Part shown: piece by piece, positions 1 through 13,091 of the stretch
How the letters are laid out: each line of letters starts with the position of its first letter
Position numbering within the stretch: position 1 is the first letter of the stretch
Assembly: GCA_018398765.1 (NCBI GenBank)
Contig: JAHBMJ010000226.1
Span: 1-53,545 of the forward strand
Direction of reading: 5' to 3'
From: Chromera velia
Taxonomy: Eukaryota
DNA length: 53,545 nt
Notes under the pieces: model-generated
The model's database searches: none
Told to the model about the DNA's origin: nothing
What the model saw: only the letters and a program-made list of their open reading frames with translations
Position numbers and translations under genes: made by a program

Positions 1-3000
1 AGCAGAGGAAAAGGGAAGGAAAGGCACTGACCGAAGAACGCGGGTCGATCCATGTTCCCTCCCGCTGCCGTCGATCTCATAAGCCTCTGAGGGTAGTTTG
101 TCGAATTCAGGGCAGAGCGCTGCAAGCACAAGGAGAAGGAAGCGGACAGATCAGCTAGACGCCTCCCGAGTACACCATACAAACACCAAAGAGAGAAGGA
201 ATGGATATGCCCCTCCCCCTTCCATGCCCCGAAACTGACGCGCGCAGTCGAGGGTGATGACGCTCCACTCTCCATTCACGCACTGCACAGTTTCCGTCTG
301 CCTCTGCCCCCCGACGCGAGAGGCCGCTGTCCCGGCGGGGCACTCCAACTCAAACTCTGTCCCGTGGCGCCTCCACATGGGGTCCTCCTCCAACTGCTTC
401 TCCGAGACCTGCATCCGTGCATCCGGGCATCCGTGCATTTATTTGTGAAGGCGGGCAGGCAGGCAGGCAGGCAGGCAGACAGGCGGGAAAAAAAGAAGCG
501 GAAGTGACGGGACGTGTGCAGTCTTTCAGCGGATGCCGCTCCACCTTTCTGTCCCCCCCTATCCCCGACTGTTTGTGCCCGCTGCATGCATGATCGAGGG
601 GGCAGACAGACTGACTGACTGACTGACCCCTTTGAGCACCGCATGTGCCTCTTGAAGAAGCTTGAGGTCGAAGGCCGCACATGCGCCCTCACACTCAAGA
701 GAGACCTCCGTCCATGCACCGTTCTGGCAGACCGCGAACCCCTCTGAGATCTGGGGGTCAGAGGGAGAGAACCCCGCCGCGCACTCGAATGGAATTTTAT
801 ACCCGTGAGGCAGAGGGAAGATGGGAGCGCTGTCGCCCGTAAGCTTCAGTCTCATCTTGTCGTAATCCGGTAGGCTGTTGCACGGCGCTGCAGCAGGCAA
901 AGGAAAGATTCACTAGAGGTTCTGTTACTGGTTACAAGATGAAAAGTGATTGTCACTACCAGAAGTCTCCACTGATTTAATTCGAACGACATGCGAAGGA
1001 TCGTATGCTCTATTTATGCATCGATTCATTGGACTGCCAGGGAGTCTGTCTGTCTGGTTCTTGAGTGGAAATCTGCATTCGCGGGATCTCGATGGAGTGC
1101 CACACTAAGCAGGACCGTACTCTTCTGCCGACTGACCGGTACAGATGAGTGTGTTTTCGCTGTACCCCCTCTCTTTTCCCAGGCAGAGAATCTCCTCTCG
1201 CTGCCTCTCGTCCCCGAACGGAGGCATGAACCCGGGGGCACAGGAGATGCTCACCACAGTCCCCACGGGAAGAGAAGGGGAAGAACTCTCTTCTGAAATT
1301 TCTCTCCCCCCTTCCACCTGTACTCTGTATTGGGACTCCATCGGCTCAAATGGGAGGCAAAATTCTGCATGAAGCATGGCAGAACAAAGCTCAGACCTTT
1401 CCAGGGAGACTCGTAGGCAGACAAAAGAGACGAAAAATAAAACCCTTTGCGGAGAGTGCCATTTTCTACTCCCATCGGCACTCCACTTATCTGGAACGGA
1501 CAGACTACGAGTGATACCTTCAGTTCGTGAAGATGCAAAACCCAACAATTCACCTTGACCACAAAAACAGTAACAGCCATCAGTCCTTCATTCCTAACCT
1601 TTGCCCAGACACAAGGAAGGACACACGGAAAGAAGGTCAGACGGACGGACGGACGGACGGACGGACCTGCACATTCGAGAGGGAGGGCAGCCCATCCATC
1701 CCCTTCGCAGGTGAGGGAGGAAGGATTCTGGAGTCGCTCCCCCGATGCAAGTGCTCTCGGTTCACTTCCCGTCTCACAGGAGAGAGAGAGTGTAGAGCCC
1801 GCCGGCATCTGAGCAAAAGGAAGTAGAGCCTCCTGTCTGTTCACAAGGAGATGCTTCGCGTTCAACTCGTTGGCATTCAGGCCTGGACAAGGGTCTGCAA
1901 AGAACGGTTTGTAGAGCAGAGAGGGGACAAAACGATATTAACAAATAAATCCGTCAAATGTTACGTTAAAAATCGTATGATCGTGTTGCTTCTTGTTTGT
2001 CGGTCGCTTCAAAACGTCTTTGTCGTCTTTGTGTCAAAATATGTCCTTCTCCGCAGGTGTATGATGTATGAGGTTAAAGCCGGTGAGCCATATAGGCTCT
2101 GGCCAAAGTGAGTGTGCTTCTTTCTCTCCGTCGCAGTCTCCCTCTCTTCTCTCTCTCTCTCTATTTGATGCGCCCACTTCCCTTCTCTATTGGCTGTCAC
2201 TAATATTGCCAGACATATCCGAGCAAAATGATGTTAGACGCCGTTCCGGAAGACCATGAGAAGGTCAAATGAATAGGAAGCTCGCTGAGTGATGCATCTA
2301 TGCTCAACTGACAGATCGACAGAAGGACTCACTGACCAAGGCATTTGAGAGCGGATGAGGAGAGAAGTCCCCCATCGCAACTGATCTTCTCCGTCCCGAA
2401 ATCAACCCCGCTTGTTGTCTCAGTGCTCCTTTCTTCCTCTTCTTTAGTCGTTGCTGCCCTCTCAAACACAGGGGGGGCGGCCGGTTTTGTGCACATGATC
2501 GGGGTCGCTTCTCTGTTCGAACGCGCGAGTCCGGCCCCGGCACTCGACGTTCCCTCAGCAAGCGCCGCATCACCCCCGCCTCCGCTTCCGCACTCAGGGG
2601 AACAAACGAGGGTCAGCGGTTCGATCACCCCGTCAGTACACAAGAGAGATTGTGCTGGCGACTGGCCTACCGACGGTTGCATCGGATCCTCGCACGATAC
2701 GCTGATCCTCTCTCCGTCTTTCATGTGGGCAGCGGCCTCAAGAAGCTCTCGTTTATTCACTTTTATCACGCCCGCCGCCACGTCCTTCGCCCATGGGGCG
2801 GACGAGACCGCGCAGTCCCGACGGCAAGACAGGGGGGGTGGTATGGGAGTCCACTCTCCAGCAGTGATCACGCCACAAGAGACGGAAACCTCCGTGACAT
2901 GGGCGGGCTGTGGGGAGTGTCCGGGAGCGCATCTGCAGAGTTCGACACAGAAACAGTGAAGTCACGGAAGATCTTTGCTTTGACACCGTCAATGTATGCT

Positions 3001-3938
3001 TACTGAGCGAGAGGAGGGTTGAGAGGAATGAAAACGTACCTGATGGCGGCAGTGTCTCCCCGAAGTCTCCCGTTCTCCCTGACAGAGTACCGACTCTTCT
3101 CTTCTCCCAAAGCGTCCCGGAGAGAAGGGCACCGCTCTGCGACCACACAGACGGAGAGGCAGATTGAGCAAAGCATGCAGAGAAAAATTCAGGAAAAGAA
3201 ATGCTGAATGCCACTCGCGCATTGCCGTTCCACAAAATCGTTACAAACGGGTGTGCATTTCGAATGAATGTGTTGCTCAATTTGACTGTCTCGTTCAGAA
3301 TTGCGTCGCGCCCGTCTCCTTGCCCACTCTGTTTTTTCAATGCTACCCCTTTTTGTTTGGGCTGGCTGTCTCTCTTGCCTCTTCAGGTTCTGTACCTCCC
3401 TTCTGCATTGACAGGCAGCCCTTCCCTTCCAAAGGGATGGATCCACTGACTGACTGACTCTGGCAGTTGCAGCCACAGAGATTCGCCCCCCCGTTCCCTC
3501 CTGCTGCCGTCTCCTCGAGAGGGTCGCACTCCTCGCCGTCCTCTCTCTGCACGGTGCCGTCGCCGCATCGGTCACTCACGCCTGCAATCACTCACTCACT
3601 CGATCGGAAGTCCTTGCAAAGCCGCCTCCCCAGAGTCTCAAGACAGAAGGAACTGACAGAACAGAAACAGTAACAATTGAAGAAAGAAGGGAAGAGAGGA
3701 GGAAGAGAGAATGACGGCAAAAAGAAAGAACAGCTGACCAAGAAATTCAGAGGAAAGCCGCTGAGCTGCCTCCTGTTCATCGCTTCCCTCGATTCCTCTC
3801 TCGATGGCAAAGAGCGCCAAACGTCCTGAGCAGAGATAGACATACAAGCAAACAAGAAGAGTAGATTCACTTAATTATTCACACGCTCACGCATATTGAA
3901 AGAAGCTGGGAGTGTATGATTGGGGTATAGTAGTTGAA

Positions 3939-3977
<39 letters not shown>

Positions 3978-4580
3978 ATCCACTTCAGAGACAACATGCC
4001 AAATTTCATGCACTTACGCGTACTCTTTTCTGTTCATTTTCATGCTGTGAATGCAGCACCCATCTACGCACATCAGTCGAGCATGCACTCACCGAGACCT
4101 CCCTTCTGACCTCTGAAGCAGTCCTTGCCATCCCCGTTGCATCCCAAAGTCAGTCTTCCCAAAGCTGAGAGAACGGCCGCCCCCCCCCCTTCCTCTGCCC
4201 CCCCGCCTCCCCCTGTCTTCGTCGACAAATTACGAACAAATGTACTGTTGCCGTCTCCCAGAGGAAGGCGCACCCCGTTTTTCCGAACTTCAAAACTGAC
4301 ACCTCCGCTCTCGTCTCCCCGAAAAGACACAGACAGCAAGAAAGGGTGACCAAGACAGGCTTCTGCCAGTCCCAGCCCCTCTCCTACAGAAAGGACACCA
4401 AAACGGCCGCGTCCTTCTGACAATCCAGTGACTCCAATCTGCATCCATACAATGCATTGTCAAGTCAGTCAGGATGCCGTTTAAAAGAAACAAAGTGTCA
4501 GAAGACATCGTCAATTGATAGACTGTCCTTTCTCACTCACTCACTCACTCTCTCTCTCTCTCTCTCTGACACACACACAC

Positions 4581-4667
<87 letters not shown>

Positions 4668-6227
4668 GACAGAGAGACAGACAGACAGACAGAGAGAGAC
4701 AGAGAGACAGACAGGCAGAGAGACAGAGAGACAGAGAGAAACAGACGCACCGACCTGAAGTCCGCCACCGTTATCCAAGATCACCTGCCGCTTTCCGATG
4801 GGAGCAGCAGAAGAGTCAAGGTCTACGTAGAAGGAAAGCCGCAGCCCCTGGCTCATTGCGGACTCAGCAGAGGCCGCCAAGGGGGTACAGTCGGAGAGGG
4901 ACTCAAGAAACCGACCATCCCCAAAAGACAGCCACATACCTGGCCCTTGCCCCTTGCTCTCCTCCTCTATGTCGCCCGTCCCTCTGCAAACAACAAACGC
5001 ACAGACAGTAAGAACAAGAAAAGGAGAGAGAGAGGCGGAGTGAAAGACTGCAGCAAGGGGATCAAAAGCTCAGACAACCAGGCAAATTCATGGCCTCACA
5101 AAAATCCTTGCCTCCGCCGCCCTTCACCAATCCNATTCTAACGGCTACCACTCACCCGGCTGAGCTCAGCAGAGGCCCCTCTTTGCCTTCCCTCTCCTCC
5201 AGCACGGGCGACGCGTAGAAGGGGTCACTCCACGCGACCACCCTGTTCCCACTCCCCCCCTCATCCTCTGCTGTCACAATTGACCGCCAAGGAGGGGCAC
5301 TCCCCGATCCCGTCGTGAGGACTGCCCCTTCAACAAGGTTGAGAACCTCGCTGGTGCACCGCGCTGTCTGAGCAGGACTGAACAGCTCCGCACTCTTCAT
5401 CCCGCTCTTTCCACTCCCCACCCCCTCCCCCTCTCCCGTCTCCACAAAAGCGGCCCCCCCCAAGTCGACGTCCTGCATGGGATCCACGGAGTCTCTCCAG
5501 GGAGAGGCCCTGTCGAGGTCTGATGACGTCGCTGCTGCAGGCAATGGATTGAACATATATTGATCATAATTACCTGACGCCATGCACACGCCAGACCGTT
5601 GGGATGGACTCAGGGGGCGCTTGGGGAGCAGGAAAGAAAAGACGATGTGCGATTTGCAGACAGATTGGTGGAGAGGGAGTGGATTGCAGGGTGCAAAGAA
5701 GAATAATAGTGAAAAGCAAGAACTGAATTTGACGACAGTGGGTGAACAGACTGAAGGAAAATCTTGAGAGAGCTGGAAGAATGCTCATATACATGCACGG
5801 CTGAATTCATGAAGCCCGTCAACACTCTCGAGGAGCAGTTCGGACATGCAGAGGGGCGCCATTCTATGAGAAGAAGTCACGTTCACAGAGCTGAAAGGAA
5901 AGACGTCTTCACAAGGCCGAAACGGAATGGAGAGTAGTTGAAAATACGGACCCGTCTCAGAATATATGCCTTCAGTCGAAGCGACAGTCTGCAGATATAT
6001 ATATACGAATGTGTGTATATATTCATTCCCAAATGAGAAGGTTCGACACAATCAAGTCAGTTCAAAAAGGACGACAATTGGTGGAGAAGGCAGAGTATGG
6101 TGGGTGCTCATGTGCCTGTGTGTCAATTGACTGATTCACTGACTGACTGACTGACTGATTGACTGACTGCATGCTCCGGGCTGAAAAGCAGCAGGAGAGA
6201 CGCAGCCAGCGTTCGTGCAGCTGTCAT
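1..6227 (-). CDS. Secreted/surface protein: signal peptide, LamG/ConA-like domain, Myxococcus-type Cys-rich repeat and at least 8 sushi/CCP-like modules; multi-exon, 3' end outside window
   Basis: ATG at 6227 gives MTAARTLAASLLLLFSPEHA (exon 6168-6227, GTCAGT donor), spliced to TVASTEGIYSETG (from 5988). Later exons read LRLSFYVDLD..QVILDNGGGLQIGV..FEVRKNG..RLTLGCNGDGKDCFRGQ (LamG-like), then CGDGTVQREDGEECD. Repeated C..SCxPG..C..G.W...L.C modules follow, e.g. FECAAGFSP..VCQNGAWTEVSLEC and LECPAG..VQCVNGEWSVITLDC. Junctions near 5540-5800 could not be fixed exactly. Confidence 0.8.
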
Positions 6228-6963
6228 TGATCTCTTCAAGCTTGTGATGATCTAGTGCCACTGATTCTTTCGAAAAAAGCAATCAAACCTTGCCGTTCAG
6301 GCCTGCATCGCCCATTGGCACCGCCGATCGCCCTTTGTCTCCGTCTATGTATGTGTGTACATGCGTCCGATTAATTCCTGCATCTCTCATTTGGCAGATC
6401 TTCTGTCTCTCTGCGTTTCCGGTCGATTCCCAGACACACTTCGGCGCAGCTGCAGCTCTGGCGTTCAAATTGCTTTATATACTTGCGCATATGCAATGAA
6501 AGAGATGTACATGGAGTCTTATATTAATATATGTATATGTTGTTATCTGCATGAGTACTGATATGCAGATTAATGTTTTTTTTTTACAAAATATACGTAT
6601 TCGCATGCATGCATGCATGCGTCGATGCATACCGATACAGAAGCTATCAGAAGCTAGGCGGGTCAGTATGGGTGAGTGCCTCTTTTGTGTGCATGAGCCT
6701 TCAGAACATGCGCATGTAACTTTCTCTTTGTTTATGCGAGTTTCATGCATGATTCTCGATCGGGGCCCAAAAAGTGTGTCATTTTTGCATTAATTGGCTT
6801 GCTATATTGCTCGAAAGCAAACTTTTGAACAAGCCGACCGACTCAGATTTCCGTTTCGCGGTCGAAAGTTCATTCAATTGGACCCAGCAAGAAGCAGAGA
6901 AAGGGACCGACCGATGCATTACTGGATCTTTCTGGCAAAGGCGAGGCAAACCTCAACGAATCA
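6228..6963. promoter_or_regulatory. Putative bidirectional promoter between divergent genes 1 and 2
   Basis: ~735 bp between opposing ATGs. gcatgcatgcatgcatgc at ~6604-6620 plus further TGCATG motifs. Confidence 0.5.
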
Positions 6964-7921
6964 ATGGGGACGGGTGCGTCCACGCGGAGCGCTTCCGGAA
7001 AGGTAAGTATAGCAACCCGCATTCATACAGATTGAGGAATGTGCGTATGTACAAAGATCGTGCACGCGCTGTATGCCCGCAGGGAGAGGATACGAAGGGC
7101 CAGAAATCGGCTCAAGGGACCCAAGGGACCGGAAAGACGAGGGAACTCCTTGAGGTTTGTCGTCACCTGCATGCCCTCTCGCTCAGTCTGACACTCAAGT
7201 GCGACTGACCTTCATCTTCAGTCTCCCTCCTTCTGCCTGTTTTCTTTCAGGAAGTAAGGTACGGACTGTCAAGTCATCGAGACGAAGAGTATGCAACTGC
7301 CAACACTCAGTGGAAGGTACCGGTTGCCATCTTCGCAGAGAGGGAGGCCCACCTGCAGAAGAGGGTCGAGGTAGCGGAACAGGAGGCACAGCGCCTTGCC
7401 GTGCAAGCAGGCTGTCTGCAGAACCAGCTGCGGGAGGAAGAAAGTGCAAAGGTAAGCACAAATTCCAGTCTTGCTTGTCAAGCCATGGAGAGGGACGGCA
7501 GTCCTGCAGTTGCACGAGCCGCGCGCACGGAGACCCACCGGTTGCATAAGGAGGGAAGGAGAAGGAAATAGAGGGAACTTCACACATACCGACCCACGTC
7601 GGCTGATCGCTTGGCTGACAGAAAGTTGCAGTCCAAGAAAGAGAGAGACAAAGAGGGAGGGAGGGAGGGAGGCAGACAGACAGATCAAAGCACTCAAGAA
7701 TTCAAGATCAGACACAACGTCACATACACACACTCTTCCTCTCACGCCGATGAGCGGGGAGAGGCGGACAGACCGATTCAAGTTCTCGGCCCTCTATCTC
7801 CTTCAGTTGGATCCAAACCCTCCACTCATTTGACCTCTTCTTCTGTACGTCTACGTAGAGGCGCAGCGCCAAAGGAGGATAAATGGCTTCCATTCAAGTC
7901 TCTCTCTCTCTCTCTGTGCGC

Positions 7922-8010
<89 letters not shown>

Positions 8011-8372
8011 TGTGTGTGTGTGTGTATGTGTGTGTGCAGGCTTCTCTTCAAGCAGAGCACAGCGTGCAGCTGACAGAGATACAGGGCCGCCTCGAGTGTG
8101 TCCAGACAGAGCTTCAGGAGAGGGACACATGGGTGCAGCAGTTGAGAGAGGACGTCACTGTTCTCTCAAGGAATCGCCTGGGACTGAACAGAAAGGTCTG
8201 AAGAAAGGAAGGAAGAGACAAAGAAAAGAGTCCATACTGAACAAAACTGACACTCGGCATTCTCTCCAACAAGGACCGTCTCGGCCTGAACAGAACAGTC
8301 TCTGCCAGAAAGAGAAAAACACCGAGATCACGCTTCAAACAATTTGACGAAGTCAATGAATCAGCCTTCTGC

Positions 8373-8414
<42 letters not shown>

Positions 8415-8505
8415 GCAAGTAGATGAGTCTCCAGTTGGATGCATCCGTGGTCCGGAGTTGAATCTCTCCCTCCCTAATTCGCTCTTTTTCTGTCTGTCTG
8501 TTGTG

Positions 8506-8544
<39 letters not shown>

Positions 8545-8713
8545 GCATGCACGCACGCACGCACACGCACAGGCCCAAGAGCTGGTGGACGAGAGGGACC
8601 GTCTCCTTTTGAGAATCGGGGGGCTGGAGAGAGAACTCAGGGACGGTCCTGGGAGGGTTCCCGTGTGCGATCAGTGCGAGAGAAATAGAGTCAGTCGGTC
8701 GGGCAGTGAGAGG

Positions 8714-8747
<34 letters not shown>

Positions 8748-8752
8748 GGATG

Positions 8753-8792
<40 letters not shown>

Positions 8793-11700
8793 AAGGCGGA
8801 GACGAACAGCTGCAGACGAGACGATTCCATGCGTAGAAGAAAAATATGCACTTCAAAGCTAAAAGCTTCTCTATCTGCCCATGCACCTGCAACATCATCC
8901 TTCTTTTCCAAATTCCTTCAAAATTCACTCACCATTCGCTGCAGTGAAGAAGCAATTTATGACCCCCCTCATGTCTTTGTCTAATGGCGCAAATTTCGGC
9001 CCATCTTTCTTTTGCCCTTTTTCGTATTTTGACTTCTCCTATCTGACCACAGAGCGACCCCCAATCAATTTTTTCCTCTCTTTGTGAATTCTGTCTGTTT
9101 CTCTGTTTGTCTTCATAAGCTTGTATATACCTCAATCTCTGCGTATTCCAGAGGCTCCTGCTGTGCTTGTGGGTATGAAAGATGACTTTTGCATCCGCTC
9201 CTGCCTTTCGTGTATCCATCCTCCATCGGTGCAGAATGAGAAGAGGGAACTAGAAATTGTCAGTCAGTGCGTGAGGGAGGGAGTGAGTGTGGCAGACAGT
9301 CAGTCCCTGCGGGGGGGGATCTTGTCGTCCTAGTTTTGGCTTTTCCAAGTGTGCCTTCAACGATGCATGTCTCTTCTATTTCGGCTTTCTTGAAATAACA
9401 GGATGCGCTCAACTGGTTCTGACGGAACACTGAAGAAAAGACACTTTTGCATCCCGAGAGAACCTTCCTGGCTGATGGAAAAAACCAACTTCAAATCCAT
9501 GTACGTTTTCCATTTGGCCCTTCAAGAACGGTCTTCAAGGGCAGCCCCCCATTCAGCACAAGCTTGATCAGATCTGTTTGTACAAGTCTTATTAGTCTGG
9601 TTTTTGGGAACCTGATCTGCACTTGATTCGAATATCTACCCTTTTGAGGATGTGCTCTTTGCAGAGGCTGAGACAACCGTGTGAAGAGTGTGAGCGCCTA
9701 AAGGTCAGCAGCAGTTGGGAGGAAGGGCAAGGGTCTGCTTAGAAGTCAAGCATGTCACTAGAGGACGAAGCAAGTCAATAAGGAACCAGGAAAGGGTTTC
9801 TACACATAGGGAGGCGGTACCGAGAGTCCTATGAGAAAGTGAAAGAGGAAATATTGAGGAATCGCAGTCGAAGAAGAAGGAAAAGGGATGATCGACAGGA
9901 AACAAACATGAGGAGATAGGGAGATTCAAACAAAGGGCGAAAGGAATGATGAGACACTACATGCACAGACATGGATGGCGTCATACCCTCACAATTGAGG
10001 AAATCTACTTACATGCATACACGCATTTGCACGCGCGCCTATTCATGAGCCCGATCAAACACACATACGCTCACGCACGCACTGATGTTGCAGTGTCAAA
10101 ATCAGACAGCCCCTCTCCACCTTCTTTCTACTCGAGAAGCCGGACACATCTATTCTTCTCTTCTCTTCTCTCCTCACACCTACATATACCTGCAGAGGGA
10201 ACGAAGGGAACTGGAGGAGGTCTGTCTGGCTTTCTTTCTTGCTCGTCTTAATTTGTTCTCTTCGATCCTTTTTTTCTGTCTTCATTCCTTCATCGCTCCC
10301 TTCTTCTCATTCGCTTTCTCTTTCAGGGTCTTTATTCTCTCTTTGGCTTTCTCTTGGCCTCTTCATTTTCTCACTCCCAGCTTTTTTCTTTCTTTCTCGT
10401 CTGCTGTTTCTTTCTGTCTCTCTCTGCTTGTCGATCTGTTTCTTTCGGTCTCTCTCTGCTTGTCGATCTGTTTCTTTCTGTCTCTCTCTGCTTGTCGATC
10501 TGTCCCTTTCTGTCTTCCTAAGCTAAGCAGTTTCTGCCTGGATGTTCGCGCGCGCGCGCACGCACACACACACACACACACACACGGGTGTGTGTGTGTA
10601 TGGATGTCCTACCATTCCTCTTCTGCGCTTGCTAGATTGCCGCCTCTTTCTTCTCTCACTGATGTGCACCCACACCGCTTTTCATCAATCAAGCTGCGCC
10701 TCGACAAATGAGCCAGCCGTCCTAGGTCTCTGCTTGCCCGCCCCCGTCCTCTCCTCTCGGGGATTTTGCTGGTTTCGAGTCCATGCATGCACGGGTCTTC
10801 TTTCCAGTTCAGACCTTCCCCCCTCGTTCCTCCTTCCTGTATCTGTTCGTGCACATGCTTGAGATCGTGTGTGCGCGTCCGTGCGCATGAGAGACTGCAG
10901 AAGCTGACGTCTCTGCGGCACACATTTGAGAGAAGCCAGGCGACGCTGGAGGCCTCGGTGGCTGATCTGCTCTCCGAACTTCGGGGCATCAAGCAGGAAC
11001 AGGCAACACTCGCAGACAGGGCAAACAGAGCCGAGAGAGAGGTCGGTCCATTCATTCATTGATCATGAATTAAGACTCAGGATCGTACTCAGAATCGTCA
11101 GTCAGTTCGTCAGTGCAACAAAGAAAAAGTCAGTCACACACAGTGACTACGGGTCGATAGACCTTTCTGTGGGCTGCACAAGCACAACAACCTATTTCCG
11201 TCTGAGAGACGAAAGAAATTGTCAAATGCTCTGACTGTGCATGCAAGTGAGAGTCAGGGGACTATAATTTCATTTTGAATCCCAAACTGAGAAAAAAGCC
11301 CTTCCCTGATGGCCTCTCACTCGGCCCCGATTGACTTTCGGCAATGCTATTCAACGCCTTAATTTTCCATCGTCGTAATTCTAAGCTCAATTGCCCCGTA
11401 TGTATTCCTCTCATTTCTCTATGGCCTCCTGTGGGGGGGCGCAGATGTGCGCTCGTAGTTCGTTCGTCTAGTTGTTGAGTTGCAAGAACCTCTTCATTCT
11501 GGTATTTGTCAACTCGAGATTTTGGTACGCATGTTTCCCTATCTCTTAATGTGAATTCGTACGGGTCTCATTTGATGCTGCACTCAGCGTGATGACTCCA
11601 GGAAGCGGGTGGAAGATCTCCAGAGGGCACTCGAGAACGCGCACTCAGACTTCGCACGTCTCTCTGCCAGCCTCGACGCAGAAAGGGTCAGTGGACGCAC

Positions 11701-13091
11701 AGAGTGCATGAGTAAGTCAAGCATTTGCTTCTCCTTGTATGCCTGCCTGCCACTTTACGCGCGCTTCTGCCAATAGGATTTGTTACGTGCGTATTGATTT
11801 GTGGAGCTTCTCCGTTCACCGCCCTCTCTGGACATTCCTTCATATCTTCTGGACCGAAACGATACCCCTTTCTTCCTCACCCCCTAACGCTCTCTCCTCG
11901 TGGATCCAGGGGACTGTTGATCAGAGCAAACACGGTCCTCTTCCCCCGGAATGCATGTTTTTTGGACAGCCTCACGCCCTCTGTCTGTCTGACCTCCCTT
12001 GATGCACTGATTCACCTCAACATTAAGTACAGCAAGCCAGGAATGCGAAAGGCCTAACCGGAAAGTCTGTTAATTGTTGTTTTGCAGAGAGAGTCCTCTT
12101 TTCTCAGGGAGCGGCTCGCCGAAGCGCAGGCAGCAGTCACGGAAAGGGGCGAGAAGGTGCAGCAGGCGCTCATGTCAGCAGCCAGGGAAAGCCATCGGGC
12201 AAGGGAGGCTGCGGAACGCCAGCGACTGGCGGAGATGGCAAAAGACGAGCTGTGCATGCAAAACGCGAGACTGATGGTGGATCTGCAAATGGTGCGTTGG
12301 TGGGGGCCGACGTGCATTGAAGTGGGCGGAGTAACAGAAAAATAGGGCGGAAAGAGGAATGTGAAATCATCCCGTCTACTTTTGCAATTGCGTTTCGCGT
12401 GACCGTCTGTCGTTCGTGCTTCTCCGTTTTTTTTTTCTCTCTCCTCTAGCTACTCCCCGTTGTTTCTTATATCATGCCCATCCGTGTCTCTCTGCACTTG
12501 GTTCTTTCACACATTCTTCTGTTTCGTCTTTTGTCATGATGTGTGTGTGTGTGTGTGTGTGTGTGTACGTTTTCGGCTCTCCAGATTTTTTCACCTTTGC
12601 TTTTGGTTCACTTCTTTGAAGACCCTGTCAATTGTGTCCTTTTCGAATCTTTTGCCTTCCTGTATTACGGAATGCTGCAGGCAAACCCACCCTGTAGCCC
12701 CCCACCGCCGGTCTGCAAGAGACAGATCAAGCACTCTCCCTGTGCCCGCGCCACCCCCCCGTTTTGCCCAACCGCCATCGTGCCATCAGACTGCCCACCC
12801 AAAATCGTTTGTCGGACCACCGTAAGTCAACCAACATCTCCTATCCCTCCTGTCTGTGTCTCCAACCAGTGTGGAGAGGGGGGCGACGGGAAACTATCTG
12901 GCAAAACCTCTCCTCGTCTTTCACACCAACAGCATCCCGCTCCAACTTCTCAAGCTCCTAGCAACAGTCTTGAACAGAAGGCAGCCGTGATGGAAAACCC
13001 ACAAAAACATACAGCGCCTGCAGCAGCAGGACCCCTTGCGGCTAAGCTCGACCTTGGCGACTGCCTGTTAGGGGCTGGGGAGTATGATTGA
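6964..13091 (+). CDS. Coiled-coil protein (~508 aa, 12 exons) with N-myristoylation-type start and Pro/Cys-rich C-terminus
   Basis: Exons 6964-7002, 7083-7154, 7251-7451, 8040-8195, 8573-8689, 9235-9258, 9665-9703, 10196-10219, 10901-11041, 11588-11686, 12088-12291, 12681-13091. All are GT-AG bounded and join into one open frame. Starts MGTGASTRS. Body is E/R/Q/L heptad-rich. Confidence 0.8.
8791..8842 (+). repeat. Dispersed 52-bp intronic repeat, copy 1, abutting a (GA)n tract
   Basis: ccaaggcggagacgaacagctgcagacgagacgattccatgcgtagaagaaa; differs at 3 positions from 35742-35793. Confidence 0.9.
10405..10515 (+). repeat. Intronic minisatellite, ~32-bp unit x3
   Basis: tttctttc(t/g)gtctctctctgcttgtcgatctg repeated in tandem three times, plus a partial copy. 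Confidence 0.85.

Noticed and set aside
4457..5141. Long ORFs with THTH/ERER/VCVC/SLSL runs here and throughout the ORF track
   Set aside because: Translations of stop-free microsatellites in introns or antisense to real exons.
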